Positions 12,451-24,629 of a DNA stretch of 64,000 nucleotides are shown piece by piece. The DNA lies in the NCBI RefSeq assembly GCF_963921235.1, contig NC_086108.1, positions 55,926,001 to 55,990,000 of the forward strand, in the 5' to 3' direction. The notes below the pieces were generated by a model that did no database searches, had not been told where the DNA came from, and saw only the letters and a program-made list of their open reading frames with translations. The DNA comes from Mobula hypostoma (Eukaryota). A program made the position numbers and the translations under genes. Every line of letters starts with the position of its first letter. Position 1 is the stretch's first letter.

Positions 12451-14195
12451 CAATTGACAATAGACAATAGGTGCAGGAGTAGGCCATTTGGCCCTTCGAG
12501 CCAGCGCTGCCATTCACTGTGATCATGGCTGATCATCCACAATCAGTATCCAATTCCTGCCTTATCCCCATAACCTTTGATTCTGCTATCTTTAAGAGCT
12601 CTATCCATCTCTTTCTTGAAAGCATCCAGACTCTTGGCCTCCACAGCCTTCTGGGGCAGAGCATTCCATATATCCACCACTCTCTGGGTGAAAAGGTTTT
12701 TCCTCAACTCCGTTCTAAATGGCCTACCCCTTATTCTTAAACTGTGGCCTCTGGTTCTGGACTCACCCATCGGCGGGAACATGCTTCCTGCCTCCAGTGT
12801 GTCTAATCCCTTAATAATCTTATATGTTTCAATAAGATCCCCTCTCAGCCTTCTAAATTCCAGAGTATACAAGCCCAGTCGCTCCAATCTTTCAACATAT
12901 AACAGTCCTGCCATCCCGGGAATTAACCTTGTGAACCTATGCTGCACTCCCTCAATAGCAAGAATATCCTTCCTCAAATTTGGAGACCAAAACTGCACAC
13001 AGTACTCCAGGTGAGGTCTCACCAGGGCCCTGTACAGCTGCAGAAGGACCTCTTTGCTCTTATACTCAATTCCCCTTGTTTTTAGCTTGTTTTTGCCATT
13101 AGCTTGCTTCACTGCCTGCTGTACTTGCGTGCTTGCTTTCAGTGACTGATGTACAAGAACACCTAGATCTCATTGTGCTTCCCCTTTTCCCAACTTGACT
13201 CCATTTAGATAATAATCTGCCTTCCTGTTCTTACCACCAAAGTGGATAACCTCACATTTATCCACATTAAACTGCATCTGCCATGCATCTGCCCACTCAC
13301 CCAGCCTGTCCAAGTCACGCTGCATTCTCATAACATCCTCCTCACATTTCACGCTGCCACCCAGCTTTGTGTCATCGGCAAATTTGCTAATGTTACTTTT
13401 AATTCCCTCATCTAAATCATTATACATATTGTAAACAGCTGCAGTCCCAGCACTGAACCCTGCGGTACCCCACTGGTCACCACCTGCCATTCCAAAAGGG
13501 AGCCGTTAATCGCTACTCTTTGTTTTCTGTCAGCTAGCCAATTCTCAATCCATGTCAGTACCCTGTCCCCAATACCATGTGCCCTAATTTTGCCCACTAA
13601 TTTCCTATGTGGGACTTTTTCAAAGGCTTTCTGAAAGTCCAGGTACACTACATCCACTGGCTCTCCCTTGTCCATTTTCATAGCTACATCCTCAAAAAAT
13701 TCCAGAAGATTAGTCAAGCACGATTTCCCCTTCGTAAATCCATGCTGATTCAGACCGATCCTGTTACTGCTATCCAGATGTGTCGTAATTTCATCTTTTA
13801 TAATTGACTCCAGCATCTTTCCCACCACTGTCGTCAGACTAACCGGTCTATAATTCCCTGTTTTCTCTCTTCCTCCCTTCTTGAAGAGAGGGACGACATT
13901 AGCCACCCGCCAATCCACAGGAACTGATCCTGAATCTATAGAACATTGGAAAATGATTACCAATGCGTCCACGATTTCTGAAGCCACCTCCTTAAGTACC
14001 CTGGGATGCAGACCATCAGGTCTCGGGGACTTGTCAGCCGTCAGACCCAACAGCCTATCCAACACCATTTCCTGCCTAATATAAATTTCCTTCAATTCAT
14101 CCATTACCCTAGGTCCTTTGGCCACTATTACATCTGGGAGATTGTTTGTGTCTTCCCTAGTGAAGACAGATCCAAAGTACCTGTTCAACTCGTCT
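12451..14195 (-). mobile_element. Younger CR1 LINE, 5'-truncated, inserted into ORF1 of the older CR1
   Basis: ORFs 13412-14260, 13170-13490 and 12543-13112 join through frameshifts into an RT: GNYRPVSLT, YLDFQKAF, GVPQGSVLG, KFADDTKL, RPHLEYCVQFW. (CTATTGT)n tail; AAGTG on both flanks. Confidence 0.95.
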
Positions 14196-15630
14196 GAAGT
14201 GGGAGGGTGAACAGCCAGAGGTCGTGGTCCAAGTAGGTGCCAATGACATGGGTAGGACAAGTGATGAGGTTCTGTAAAGGGAATTCAGGGAGTTAGGTGC
14301 TAAGTTAAAGGTTAGGACTTCCAAGGTTGTGATCTCAGGATTGCTAGCATGCCACGTGTTAGTGAGGCCAGAACTAGGAAGATTATACAGTTTAATATGT
14401 GGCTAAGGAGTTAGTGTAGGAGGGAGGGCATAAGATTTTTGGATCCTTAGATTTTCTTCCAGGGAAGGAAGGATCTATACAGAAAAGACAGTTTGCATCT
14501 GAAATGGCGGGGGGAACTAATATTCTCGTGGGAAGGTTTGTTAATGTTGCATGGTGGGGTTAAACTAGAGCTGCAGGGGATGGGAACCAGAATGCCAGAA
14601 CAGTTAGTGGAGAGGTTGTGGAGGCAGATGTTGGTAAGACCTCAGGAAATGTAAGGAATTAAAAAGTTGAGTATGGTGCTACTAGTGTCCTGAGTTGTGT
14701 ACGTTGCAATGCACGAAGTATCATAGGAAAGGCGGATGAGCTCAGGGCACAGAACAACACCTGGAATTATGACATTGTACCCATTAGTGAAACTTGGTTG
14801 CAGCAGGGGCAGGACTGGCAGCTCAATATTCTGGGGTTCCGTTGTTTTAGACATGACAGAGAGGGAGAGTTAATAGAGGAGGGGTGGTGTTACTAGGAAA
14901 AATGTCATGGCAGTGTTCGGGCAGGACAGACTGGAAAACTCATCTGATGAAACATTATGGGTGGAACTGAGAAATAAGATAGGTTATGACTACATTAATG
15001 GGGCTACATGACAGACGACCCAACAGTCCGAGGGATTTAGAGGAACAAATTTGTAAAGAGATCGCAGACTGTTGCAAGAAATATAGGTGATTTTAATCTT
15101 CCACTGGGAATCCCATACTCTAAATAGACTAGATAGATATAGTTTGTTAAATGTGTTTCCTTCATCAGTATGTAAAAGTCCCATTGAGACAATATGCAAT
15201 ACTGGAAATGTTAATAAGGAATGAGACAAGCAGGTGACAGAAGTTTGTTCACATGAATATTTTGCATCCAGTGACCACAATGCCATTAGTTTCAAAGTAA
15301 GTATGCAATGAGAAAGGTCTGTCTGTGGGTTGAGGTTCAAAATTGGAGAAAGGCCAATTTTGATCTTATCAGAAATGATCTGGCAAGTGTGCATTGGGGC
15401 AGGCTGCTTTCTGGCAAAGGTGTACTTGGGAAGTGGAAGGCCTTCAAAAATGAAATGTTGAGAGTACAAAACTTGTGTGTGCCTCTCAGAATAAAAGGTA
15501 AAGATAACAAGTGAGGGAACCTTGGTTTTCAAGAGATATTGAGGCCCTGGTTAAGAGAAAAAAGGAGGTCCACAGCAGGTACAGCCAAGTAGGAATACAT
15601 GAGGTGTTTACGGAATACAAGAAATGCAAG

Positions 15631-16313
15631 ATTAGACTAGGTTAGATTATGAGGACTCACAGTCCTCTTTTATTGCCACTTAGTAATGTCTCCATTAAGA
15701 AATGATACAATATTCCTCCAGTATGATATCACAGAAACACAAAACAAACCAAGACTAAAAAAACTGACAAAAACCACATAATGATAACATATAGTTACAA
15801 CAATGCAAAGCAATACCGTAATTTGATAAAGAACAGACTATGGGCATGGTAAAAAAAAGGCTCAAAGTCTCTCGAAAGTCCCATCATCTCACGCAGATGG
15901 TAGAAGGGAGAAACTCTCCCTGCCATGAACCTCCAGCGCCGCAAACTTGCCGATGCAGCACCCCGGAAGCACCCGACCACAGCCGACTCTTGAGCCCGTC
16001 CGAAAGCTTTACGCCTCCGACCAGCCCTCCGACAACCGAGCACCGAGCACCATCTCTGCCGAGCGCTTTGACCCCGGCCCCGGCAATGGGCAAAGCCGAG
16101 GATTTGGGGCCTTCCCCTTCAGAGATTTTCGATCGCACAGTAGCAGCGGCAGCAAAGCAGGCATTTCAGAAGTTTCTCCAGATGTTCCTCCGTGCTTCTC
16201 ACGTCTGTCTCCATCAAATCAGGATTGTGCACGGTACCTACTTACAAATACGATATCATTTCAGAGTGGCCGCACGTACTGCATTGTGCCGCTAACTTCT
16301 CCTCCCCCCCGCC
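15631..16313 (-). mobile_element. Non-autonomous retroelement with GC-rich head and AATAAA/(AATCT)n-type tail, inserted in CR1 ORF2
   Basis: CR1 text AAATGCAAGA|GAACACTTGAG is interrupted, with CAAGA on both sides. Minus strand starts GGGGGAGGAGAAG and ends CAATAAAAGAGGAC...ATAATCTAACCTAGTCTAA. No recognisable coding motif. Confidence 0.7.
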
Positions 16314-19004
16314 CAAGAGAACACTTGAGAATTTAGTCAGGAAGGCTAAAAGAAGGCATGAAGATGCTCTGGCAAACAAGGTGAAGGAAAATCCTCAAGG
16401 ATTCTGTGGGTATGTTAAGAGCAAAAGGATTGGTAGGGACAAAATTTGTCCTGTGGAAGACCAGAATGGTAGTACACGTGTGAGGCCAAAACAGATGGTG
16501 GAGATCTTAAAATGCATTCTTGGTATCTGTATTAACTCACGACACGGATATAGAGTATATAGAAGTGAGGCAAAATGGCATCAACTTCATGGACCCTGTA
16601 CAGAATACAGAGGAGGAGGTTTTTGCTACCCTGAGGCATATCAGGGTGGGTAAATCCCCAGGGCCTGTCAAGGTGTTCCCTTGGACCCTACGGGAGGCAA
16701 ATGCAGAAATTTTCAGGGTTCTAACAGAGATATTTAAAGCATCCTTAGCAGCAGGAGAGGTACCTGAGAATTGCAGCATAGACAATGTTGTTCCGGCATT
16801 TTAAAAAAAGCTCTAAACAGAAACCGGGAAATTATAGACCAGTGAGTCTGACATCAGATGTGGGGAAGTTATTGGAATGTATTCAAAGGGACCTGATACG
16901 TAAGTATTTGGATAGACATTGACTGATTAAGGATAGTTAACATTGATTCATGCATGGTAGGTCATGTCTAACCAATCTTAGAGTTTTTCAATGGAGTTAC
17001 CAGGAAAGTGGATGAAGGGAAGGCAGTGGATGTTGTCTACATGGACTTTAGTAAGGCCTTTGACAAGATCCGGCATGGGAGGCTGGTCAAAAAGATTCAG
17101 TTGCTTGGCATTCAGGATGAGTTAGTAAATTGGATTAGACATTGGCTTTGTGGGAGATGCCAGACAATGGTAGTAGAAGATTGCCTTTCTGACCGGAGGC
17201 TTATGACTATTGGGGTGCTGCAGGGAATGGTGCAGGGTCCTTGGTTGTTTGTTATCTATATCAATGATCTGGATGATAATGTGGTTAACTGGATCAGCAA
17301 ATTTGCAGATGACACCGAGATTGGGGGTGTAATGGACAGTGAAGAGGGCTATCGTGGCTTGCAGAGGGATCAGCATAAGCTGGAAAATGGGCTGAAAAAT
17401 GTCAGATGGAATTTAATGCAGACAAGTGTGCAGTTTTGTATTTCAATAGGACCAACCAGGGTAGGTCTTACACAGTTGGTGGTAGGGCACTGAGGAGTGT
17501 GGTAAAACAAAGGGATCTGGGAATACAGGTCCATAATTCGTTGAAAGTGGCGTCACATGTACATAGGGTCATAAAGAAAGCTCTTGGCACATTGGTCTTC
17601 ATAAACCAATGTACTGAGTACAGAAGAAGGAATTCATAGGTGAGACATTGGCGAGTATTGTGTGCAGTTTTGGTTACCTACTTACAGGATAGATGCAAAT
17701 AAGGTTGAAAGAGTACAGAGAAAATTTACAAGGATGTTGTCAGGTCTGGTGGACCTGAGCTATCAGGAAAGATAGAATAGGTTAGAGCTGTATTCTTTAG
17801 AAATTAGAGGATTGAAAGATTTGATAGAGCTTTACAAAATAATGAGGGGTTTAGATGTGGTAAATGCAAGCAGGCTTTGTCCACTGAGGTTGGGTGGGAC
17901 TACAACTAGAGTTTAGGGCTCAAGAGTGAAAGGTGAAAAGCTTAAGGGGAACATGAAGGGAAACTTCTTTACTCAGAGGGTCGTGAGAGTGCGGAACGAA
18001 CTGCCAGCACAAGTGGTCCATCCGTGCTCAATTTGAAGGTTTAAGAAAAGTTTGGAGAGGTATATGGACAGTAGGGATATGGAGGGCTATGGTCCCAGTG
18101 CAGTTTGTTGGGAGTAGGCAGTTTAAATAATTTTGGCATGGACTAGATGGGCCAAAGGGTCTGTTTCTGTGCTGTACTAATCTGACTCTATGACTCCATT
18201 TTCAGAGAATCAAAGGGCAGATTTCCCAGGAAATCCAGAAATCCCGTCCTTTCTTAATATCTGTGTAATGTGGGGAGGGTGGGTGAAGATTGATGCAGTT
18301 TGACTGAGGACCTAATTGTGTGCTAGTTGCCCTTCCTGTTCTCTCAATATTAGTTAAATGACTCATTTCATTGGAAATGGATTGAACGCCAAATTCTAAA
18401 CCATACCCTGAGACTAATGGAAATTGCCTAGACTCCAAAAGTCCCAGGAATTTCAGAGCCCTTAATTGAATTGTGGTCAGATATTGTATAATCACTGACT
18501 TTATTAATATTGGATATAATGGATTAATAAGAAAACTGGGAATTTCAACAAATTTTTGCCTCATTAACTGTACATCACCCTTTCACTACAGACACTGAAG
18601 ACAAAATTGAGCACGTTACTAACTCAGTATCCTTGTGCCCAATTATTTTGTATTTCCAAGTCTCTATATTATATCAACAGAAGCCAATTATGTCCCTTGC
18701 CTGTGACACCTAGTCATTCCTTGTTCCTCAGATCCCAGAGTACAGGACGTATTCATCAGAAAGTTTTGAATTGCTCTATCCCTTGATTTTGCATTCAATG
18801 TGTCTGATGACTAGAAGTCACAGCAATACTTGGTAAATATTATTAATGAAGATGATGGGGCAAAGTCAGGAGATAACTACAGTGATGTCAAGAAGAGAAA
18901 GCACTGGGACAAATAGTAATTTGAAGTCAGTGGAAGAAGCGCATGAAGTAATCCAGATGAACAGTGTGGAGGTGGTGCAGGAGAAAGTTTCCCAAATACC
19001 ATGA

Positions 19005-19553
19005 ACCTAGACCTAATTTGGAGTATTTCTTGTAGTTCTGGTCAACTAACTATAGAAAAGATATCAATAAGATTATAAGAATGCAGAAAGGAATTTACAA
19101 GGACGTTGCTGGGACATGAGGACGTGATTTATAGAGAAAGGTTGAATAGATTTTGACTTTGTTCCATAGAGAGTAGAAGATTGAGAGGCGATTTGATAGT
19201 CTATGAAATTGAGAGGTATAGATAGGGTAAATGCAAGCAGGCCTTTTCTCTGAAGTTTGGAAGACTAGAACTAGAGGTCATGGGTTAGGGGTGAAAGGTG
19301 TAATATGTAAGGGGAACATGGGGGGAGGGCGCGACTTCTTCACTCAGAAGGTGGCGCAAGAGTGGAATGGCTGCCAGCAGAAGTGGTGAATGCAGGTTTG
19401 ATTTCAACATTTAAGATAAATTTGGATAGGTACTTGGATGGGAGGGTTATGAAGAACTATGTTCCAGGTGCAGGTTGATGCAACTAGGCAGCAAAGTAGC
19501 TTGGCGTGGACTAGATGGGTCAAAGGGCTTGTTTCTGTGCTGTACTACTATAT
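19005..19553 (+). mobile_element. CR1 3' fragment
   Basis: Collinear with 17650-18190 (LEY..W; ACTAGAGGTCAT; GGACTAGATGGG..AAAGGG tail). Confidence 0.85.
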
Positions 19554-19637
19554 GAACACAAGACACTGGAACAGAATGATAGTCTATGGCTGTCTATGAT
19601 ACTGGATTCAAATACATAGTTGAGACTCTTTTGAAAA

Positions 19638-20385
19638 TTATTTATTATTATCACATGTACTGGGATACCGTGAAAAGCTTTATTTTTGCAACCCATCCAT
19701 ACAGATTATTTCATCACAATAATGCATTGAGGTGGTACAAGGAAAAACAATACTAAAGTGTTACTGCTACAGATAAAGTGCAGTGCAGGCAAGCAATAAG
19801 CTACAAGGCTTTAACAGGGTAGATCTTGAGTCCATTTTATCAGACTAGGGGACAATTCAATTGTCTTATGATAGCAAGAGTAAAACTGTTCTAGAGCCTG
19901 ATGGTATGTTTTCAGGCTTGGTTATCTTCTGCCTGACGGAAGGAAGGAGAAGAGAGAATGTCCAGGCTGGGAATGGGTCTATGTTCATGTTGGCTGCTTT
20001 ACTGAGTCAGTGAGACACATAGACAGCCTCTCCAGAGAGGAGGCTGGTTTTTGTGATGTGCTGAGCTGTGTCCACAACTCTCTGCAGTTCCTTGTGGTCT
20101 TAGACACAGCAGTTGCCGTACCAAGCTGTGATGTACCTGTATTTGGATAGAATAGTTTTCACGATGCATTGATTAAAATTTGGTGAGTGTCAAAAGAGCT
20201 AGGCCAAATTTTTTTAGCATACTAAGGAAACAGGCATTGGTGAGCTTTCTTGGTCCTGGTATCTATATCCTTGGAACTTGAAACTCTCAATCCTCTTGAC
20301 CTCAGCACTGATGTTGTAAGTATGAAAGTTTGTACCGCACCCCTTTTTGAAGTCTCTGTTTTGCTGACATTGAGGGAAAAGTTAT
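19638..20385 (-). mobile_element. Decayed Rex1-like LINE 3' part (second subfamily)
   Basis: Minus strand ITAWYGNC (~20110-20132) and LNVSKT (~20360-20375). Tail resembles 60140-60300. Confidence 0.7.
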
Positions 20386-22810
20386 ACAAACCCAGTAGGG
20401 TACACAGTTGGGCTTATCCTGAGTTAAGAGACTAACTGATGGTCTAAGCGGAAGTAACAGTGAGAGCTCATCAGAATGGAACCCTTTTATTAAAATCGTT
20501 GAATAGAAAATTCATGTTGTACATTTTAACAGAGCTCAGGCTCAGCTTGTAGGCTAGTGGGTGATGGTACAATACTATTAACCAGGAACAAGAACAGAGT
20601 TCTATTGGTCTTAACCTTCACCTCAACTGGTACATAATTCTTCACTATTTCTGCCTTCTCTCCCTGATTTTCTATCAACTGTTAACCCGAAGGTTTTGGA
20701 AACTTTTCCATATGATGAAGTAATGCTACAACATTAGCCTTTATTAATGGCCAACTTGAAAGACATATAGAGAGAATAGGATACAGGAATATAATTGGGT
20801 GAATGGAACAGATGGGAATGCACTTAGTGGAGCAAGTGGACTTTTATGTTGTACGGAAACATGAGATCCCATCACGCCTCTAGGAAGACTGAAATGAATC
20901 TGAAGCTGAGAGGCTATCTTGCATTTGGGGCAAGTCCCATAATGCAAGAAAACACAAATACCAAAGCCACAAGATAAGGTGGGAAGGGTAAAAATTGGGA
21001 TTAAGATGCAGTTAGTGTAAAATAGGTGGTTGATGGTTTGTGTTGGCTTGATGGACCAAATGGGTGGTTTCCATGTTGTATTTCTCTATGACTGCAAAAG
21101 ATACAATTAGTGTATAGATTGCAGCTTTTTTTTTTACACACTTACTGGATCTCTGTGCATGTTCGTGGTGAAACCATACTGAAAAATACTTGGAATGAAT
21201 GTTGTCCAATCAGCCAGTGCCAAGATTCATTTCTGCTTTTTGTGTTAATTTACTGTGCCTAATGAAAGGGAGAGAATTACAGTACAAACAAGTGAAATTT
21301 GAATGGAAACATGAAAAATGTCAACTAAATTGCAACAAAAGAGGAATTGTTGAAAAGGTAGGGTCCTGGACTGTAATCTGAAGCAATCTGTGCATACCTG
21401 GGATCTTATTGTACAACCCTCGCTTCATGATTTGGTGGAATGCGAAATTGTTGAAATGTAGAAAATTATTTTCAATAATAAACTATTTCAAGTCTGAAAC
21501 TGAAGAGGGTGGATGTTGTGATAGCCAAAACCCAGACTGTGCAGGTGATGAGCACATTGCCATATTTAAAGAGCCTTTTAGAAATATTGCAAACAGACGT
21601 AAGGTGTAGCTCTTCAAAACTAAGCTTGCATTTGTGGAGATAAGTCAACATCTATCTGTGTAACTCCCCATGTCACTGTCAGCAGTTTGGGATATTTTTT
21701 CATGGAGTTCAGAGTTAAACCCCATAATAGTAACATCTCTCCACCACCTACACTGGTGCAAACATTGGGGCTGGTGCAGAGAGTGCCTCTGTGCCTATTA
21801 CAATGCAGGGGTTTGTTGCAAGGGGCCAAGTAATATATTTATTGGCATAGGCTCTTATAAATTTAATAAGTTTAACATTTTTATAATTTTCTAAAATTTT
21901 ATTTTTTAGGTATAGCTTTATCAATATTAATTGATTTAAAACATTTAAAAATTGAAATTAGTTTTTACATGTCCAGAATATTGCAGTTCCAATATGCTTA
22001 TTCTTTTGGCTCTATGTAACTTAGAATTTGTTTTTACTTTTATTCTAAGTGTGTACAAATGTAAAGAGGCTTTTAGTTTGTTATTGATAGAACCATGATG
22101 CTGCCAGGGCCTTGCTGACTCATTCCAGTGGTTGAGGTCAGTTTATTAAAAGCTGAAAGTTTATCAAAGTCTGCCCTCTGCTGTCCATTTAAAAAAAAAC
22201 TTAATAGCAAGCACCTTCCTTCAGGTTGACTTTCTGGATTTGTCCTGTGGGATGTCAGACATTTGCTTCTCAAAAGGCTGTTTATGGCCTAAGCAAGGAA
22301 TATTTTAAGTATTTCAAATATTTTCCTCATTGCAGGCAAGTATTATTATTTTAAAAAAACATTTTGTTATTCTTGACACGAGATTCTGCAAATGCTAAAG
22401 ATCTTGAGTGTTATTTTGTTATTTTTGAATGTCATCTTTTCATGTTCTTTGTTTAAGCCACCCCTCATTAAGTAGTTTTTCTTTACCTGGTGATACCCTC
22501 CCATGACAAGTTCAGGATACAGTGTCTGCTCAGGGTTCTGGCGTTGGACATGTGAGTGATATGGCCTGCCCATTGTAGCCAAACTGCAAAAAGGACCTCA
22601 ATAATTAGTTTATTAGTCTGTCCAGAACATTAGTATTGGTTCACTTATCATTAAAGTAAATTTGAAGAATTTTGTGAATGTAAAACTTTGGTGATATTTT
22701 TCCAGCACCTTGATATGCCTACTGTGGTTAGTCACAGTTTCAAAAACAAATAGGAGAGCGGGTATCAATGCCGTTCAATGACTATATCTTTTGTGCCATG
22801 TCTTCACAAG

Positions 22811-23090
22811 GGTGCCACGGTAGCATAGCAGTTACCATGACGCTATTACAGCTTGGGATGTCAGAGTTCAGAGTTCAATTCCAAAGCAGTCTGTAAGAAG
22901 TCCGTACATCCTTCATGTGAGCACATGGGTTTCCTCCAGGTGCTTTGGTTTCCTCCTACATTCCAATAGGTTTACTTGGTCATTGTAAATTGTCCTGTGA
23001 TTAGGTTAAAGTTAAATAGGTGGGTTGCTAGTTGTGTAGCTTATTGGCTTAGAAGGGTCTGTTCCATGCTGTATCATTAAATAAAAATAA
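22811..23090 (+). mobile_element. Full-length V-SINE
   Basis: tRNA-like A/B boxes (GGTAGCATAGCAG, GAGTTCAATTCC), V-domain GGGTTTCCTCCAGGTGCTTTGGTTTCCTCC, CR1-like 3' end and A-rich tail. Confidence 0.88.
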
Positions 23091-23995
23091 CATTTTGAAA
23101 AAATTATTCAAAAATTAAAAAGTAAATAAATAAAAATAAGTAACTTGAGAATAATGTTCCTCAACTGACCATGGGCTGTGCTAACACACTGAAGAAAGTG
23201 ATGATTTTTATCAAAATTTTGCTCTGCACCACTATTGTCAGAAAACAGACAAACAAGTGCAGCAGGGACAGGTTGGCAGATAAATCTCCATCTTGGTAAT
23301 ACTGAGTGAAATATTCACCCTTCACCCTTCATAGCACCCATAGGTGGGGGGAAGAGATGTATTGAAAAGATGAAACACAAGTTTAGATCTAAAAATTCCT
23401 ATTCACTTGAGGAAGATCTCAATGCCCAAAATATGGTGTTGTTTTCAGAGTAAGGAAAATTCAAACTCCAGGAAGAAAATTTGCTCTTGCTATACTTTAC
23501 TTTTAATATTTGTGTTTATAACAATATTATTCAGCACTGCCTTACTTGCTTTTCACCTTTGAGCAGATGGAAGTCGCATGTACTATGGAACTTGTCTCAT
23601 CTGGCAGGGTCACCCCCAAATTTAATGACTCAGAAAATATTAGATTAAGAAGCTCTGCGAACAATATTGATTTTAATTTAAATATTACCAAATGGCCCTT
23701 ACCCCTGGGTCATATGGGAACTAATACACTGGAACACCTAATTCTTGCCTCTGGCAAAGTGATTTTTCCCGTCCGTCTAAACACTCACTCTGACTGTATT
23801 GCAGACAAAATGAACATAGATACAAAGAATCACTTGCAGAAACAGGAAACCGGCACTTCGATCCACCTGGTCGGTGCCAATCCATCAATCTCCCTAGTCC
23901 CATTGACCTGCACCCAGACCATAGCCCTCCAAACCCATCTAGTCCATGTACCACATTTATTCCAGCCTGCCTATACCTGCTGTGCACCTCCTCCT

Positions 23996-24218
23996 TTTTA
24001 TTTATGTATTTATTTATTAGGATACAGCATGGAATAGGCCCTTTCACCCTCTGAGCCACACCACCGGGCAATACTCGATTTAATCCTAGCCTAATCACAG
24101 GACAATTTACAATGACCAATTAATCTACCAACTGGTATGTGTTTGGACTGTGGGAGAAAACTGGAGCACCTGGAGGAATCCCATGCGGTCACAGGGAGAA
24201 AGTACAAACTCCTTACAG
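23996..24218 (-). mobile_element. V-SINE (5'-truncated)
   Basis: Reverse complement of the 22890-23085 body, with an (AAAT)n tail. Confidence 0.85.
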
Positions 24219-24605
24219 GGAGCTGCACAACGGGGCTAGAAAGAGTGGCATAAATGTTACCTGCTCCATTCTTTCCCAGGCCAGTTTACTGCAGCTGGTG
24301 GGGAAACTGTCACAGTGGTCAAAATGCAGCAAAGAGAAAGTTAAAGACTATTCCTCTCACTCCTGGTGCATGGAATGTGCACACACTGGTGGACAGAATC
24401 GATGCTGACACACTTCCCAGAGGAGAACTGCTTTAATAGGGAGAGAGAGAACCTGATATAACGTCGATATCACAGCACTGAGTGAGAGCCAGTTTGCAGG
24501 AGAGGGCAAACTTTGTGAAAGGGGTACAGGAAGCACCTTTTAGAGTGGAAGAGGAAATCAAGACCAACATGAGGCTGGGGTTGGATTTGCAGTGAAGACT
24601 CATGA
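24219..24605 (+). mobile_element. RTE-clade LINE 5' fragment (APE start)
   Basis: IPLTPGAWNVHTLVDR...RRTAL...YNVDITALSES, the N-terminus of an RTE endonuclease. Confidence 0.8.
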
Positions 24606-24629
24606 ACATGAACTCCCGCTTATTATATT

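Larger units (their letters stand above)
12200..18198 (+). mobile_element. Near full-length decayed CR1 LINE (ORF1 SGNH-esterase remnant, ORF2 APE+RT), interrupted twice
   Basis: ORF1 EQPEVVVQVGANDMGR (~14205); APE CNARSIIGKADEL...SETW (~14705-14800); RT DVVYMDFSKAFDK and YINDLDD...KFADDT (17008-17320); CR1 3' UTR to ~18198. Confidence 0.88.

Noticed and set aside
22488..22583. Minus-strand exon-like segment (TTTTTGCAG ... CAG|GTAAAG)
   Set aside because: One frame reads WLQWAGHITHM, an RTE C-terminal remnant (LRWAGH..RM), so it is probably decayed LINE sequence.
22811..22885. tRNA-like A/B boxes (also at ~3580-3650 and ~36180-36245)
   Set aside because: These are SINE heads followed by a V-domain, not full cloverleaf tRNA genes.
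23546..24037. 163-aa ORF
   Set aside because: No recognisable domain, non-ATG start, and it runs into a SINE tail.
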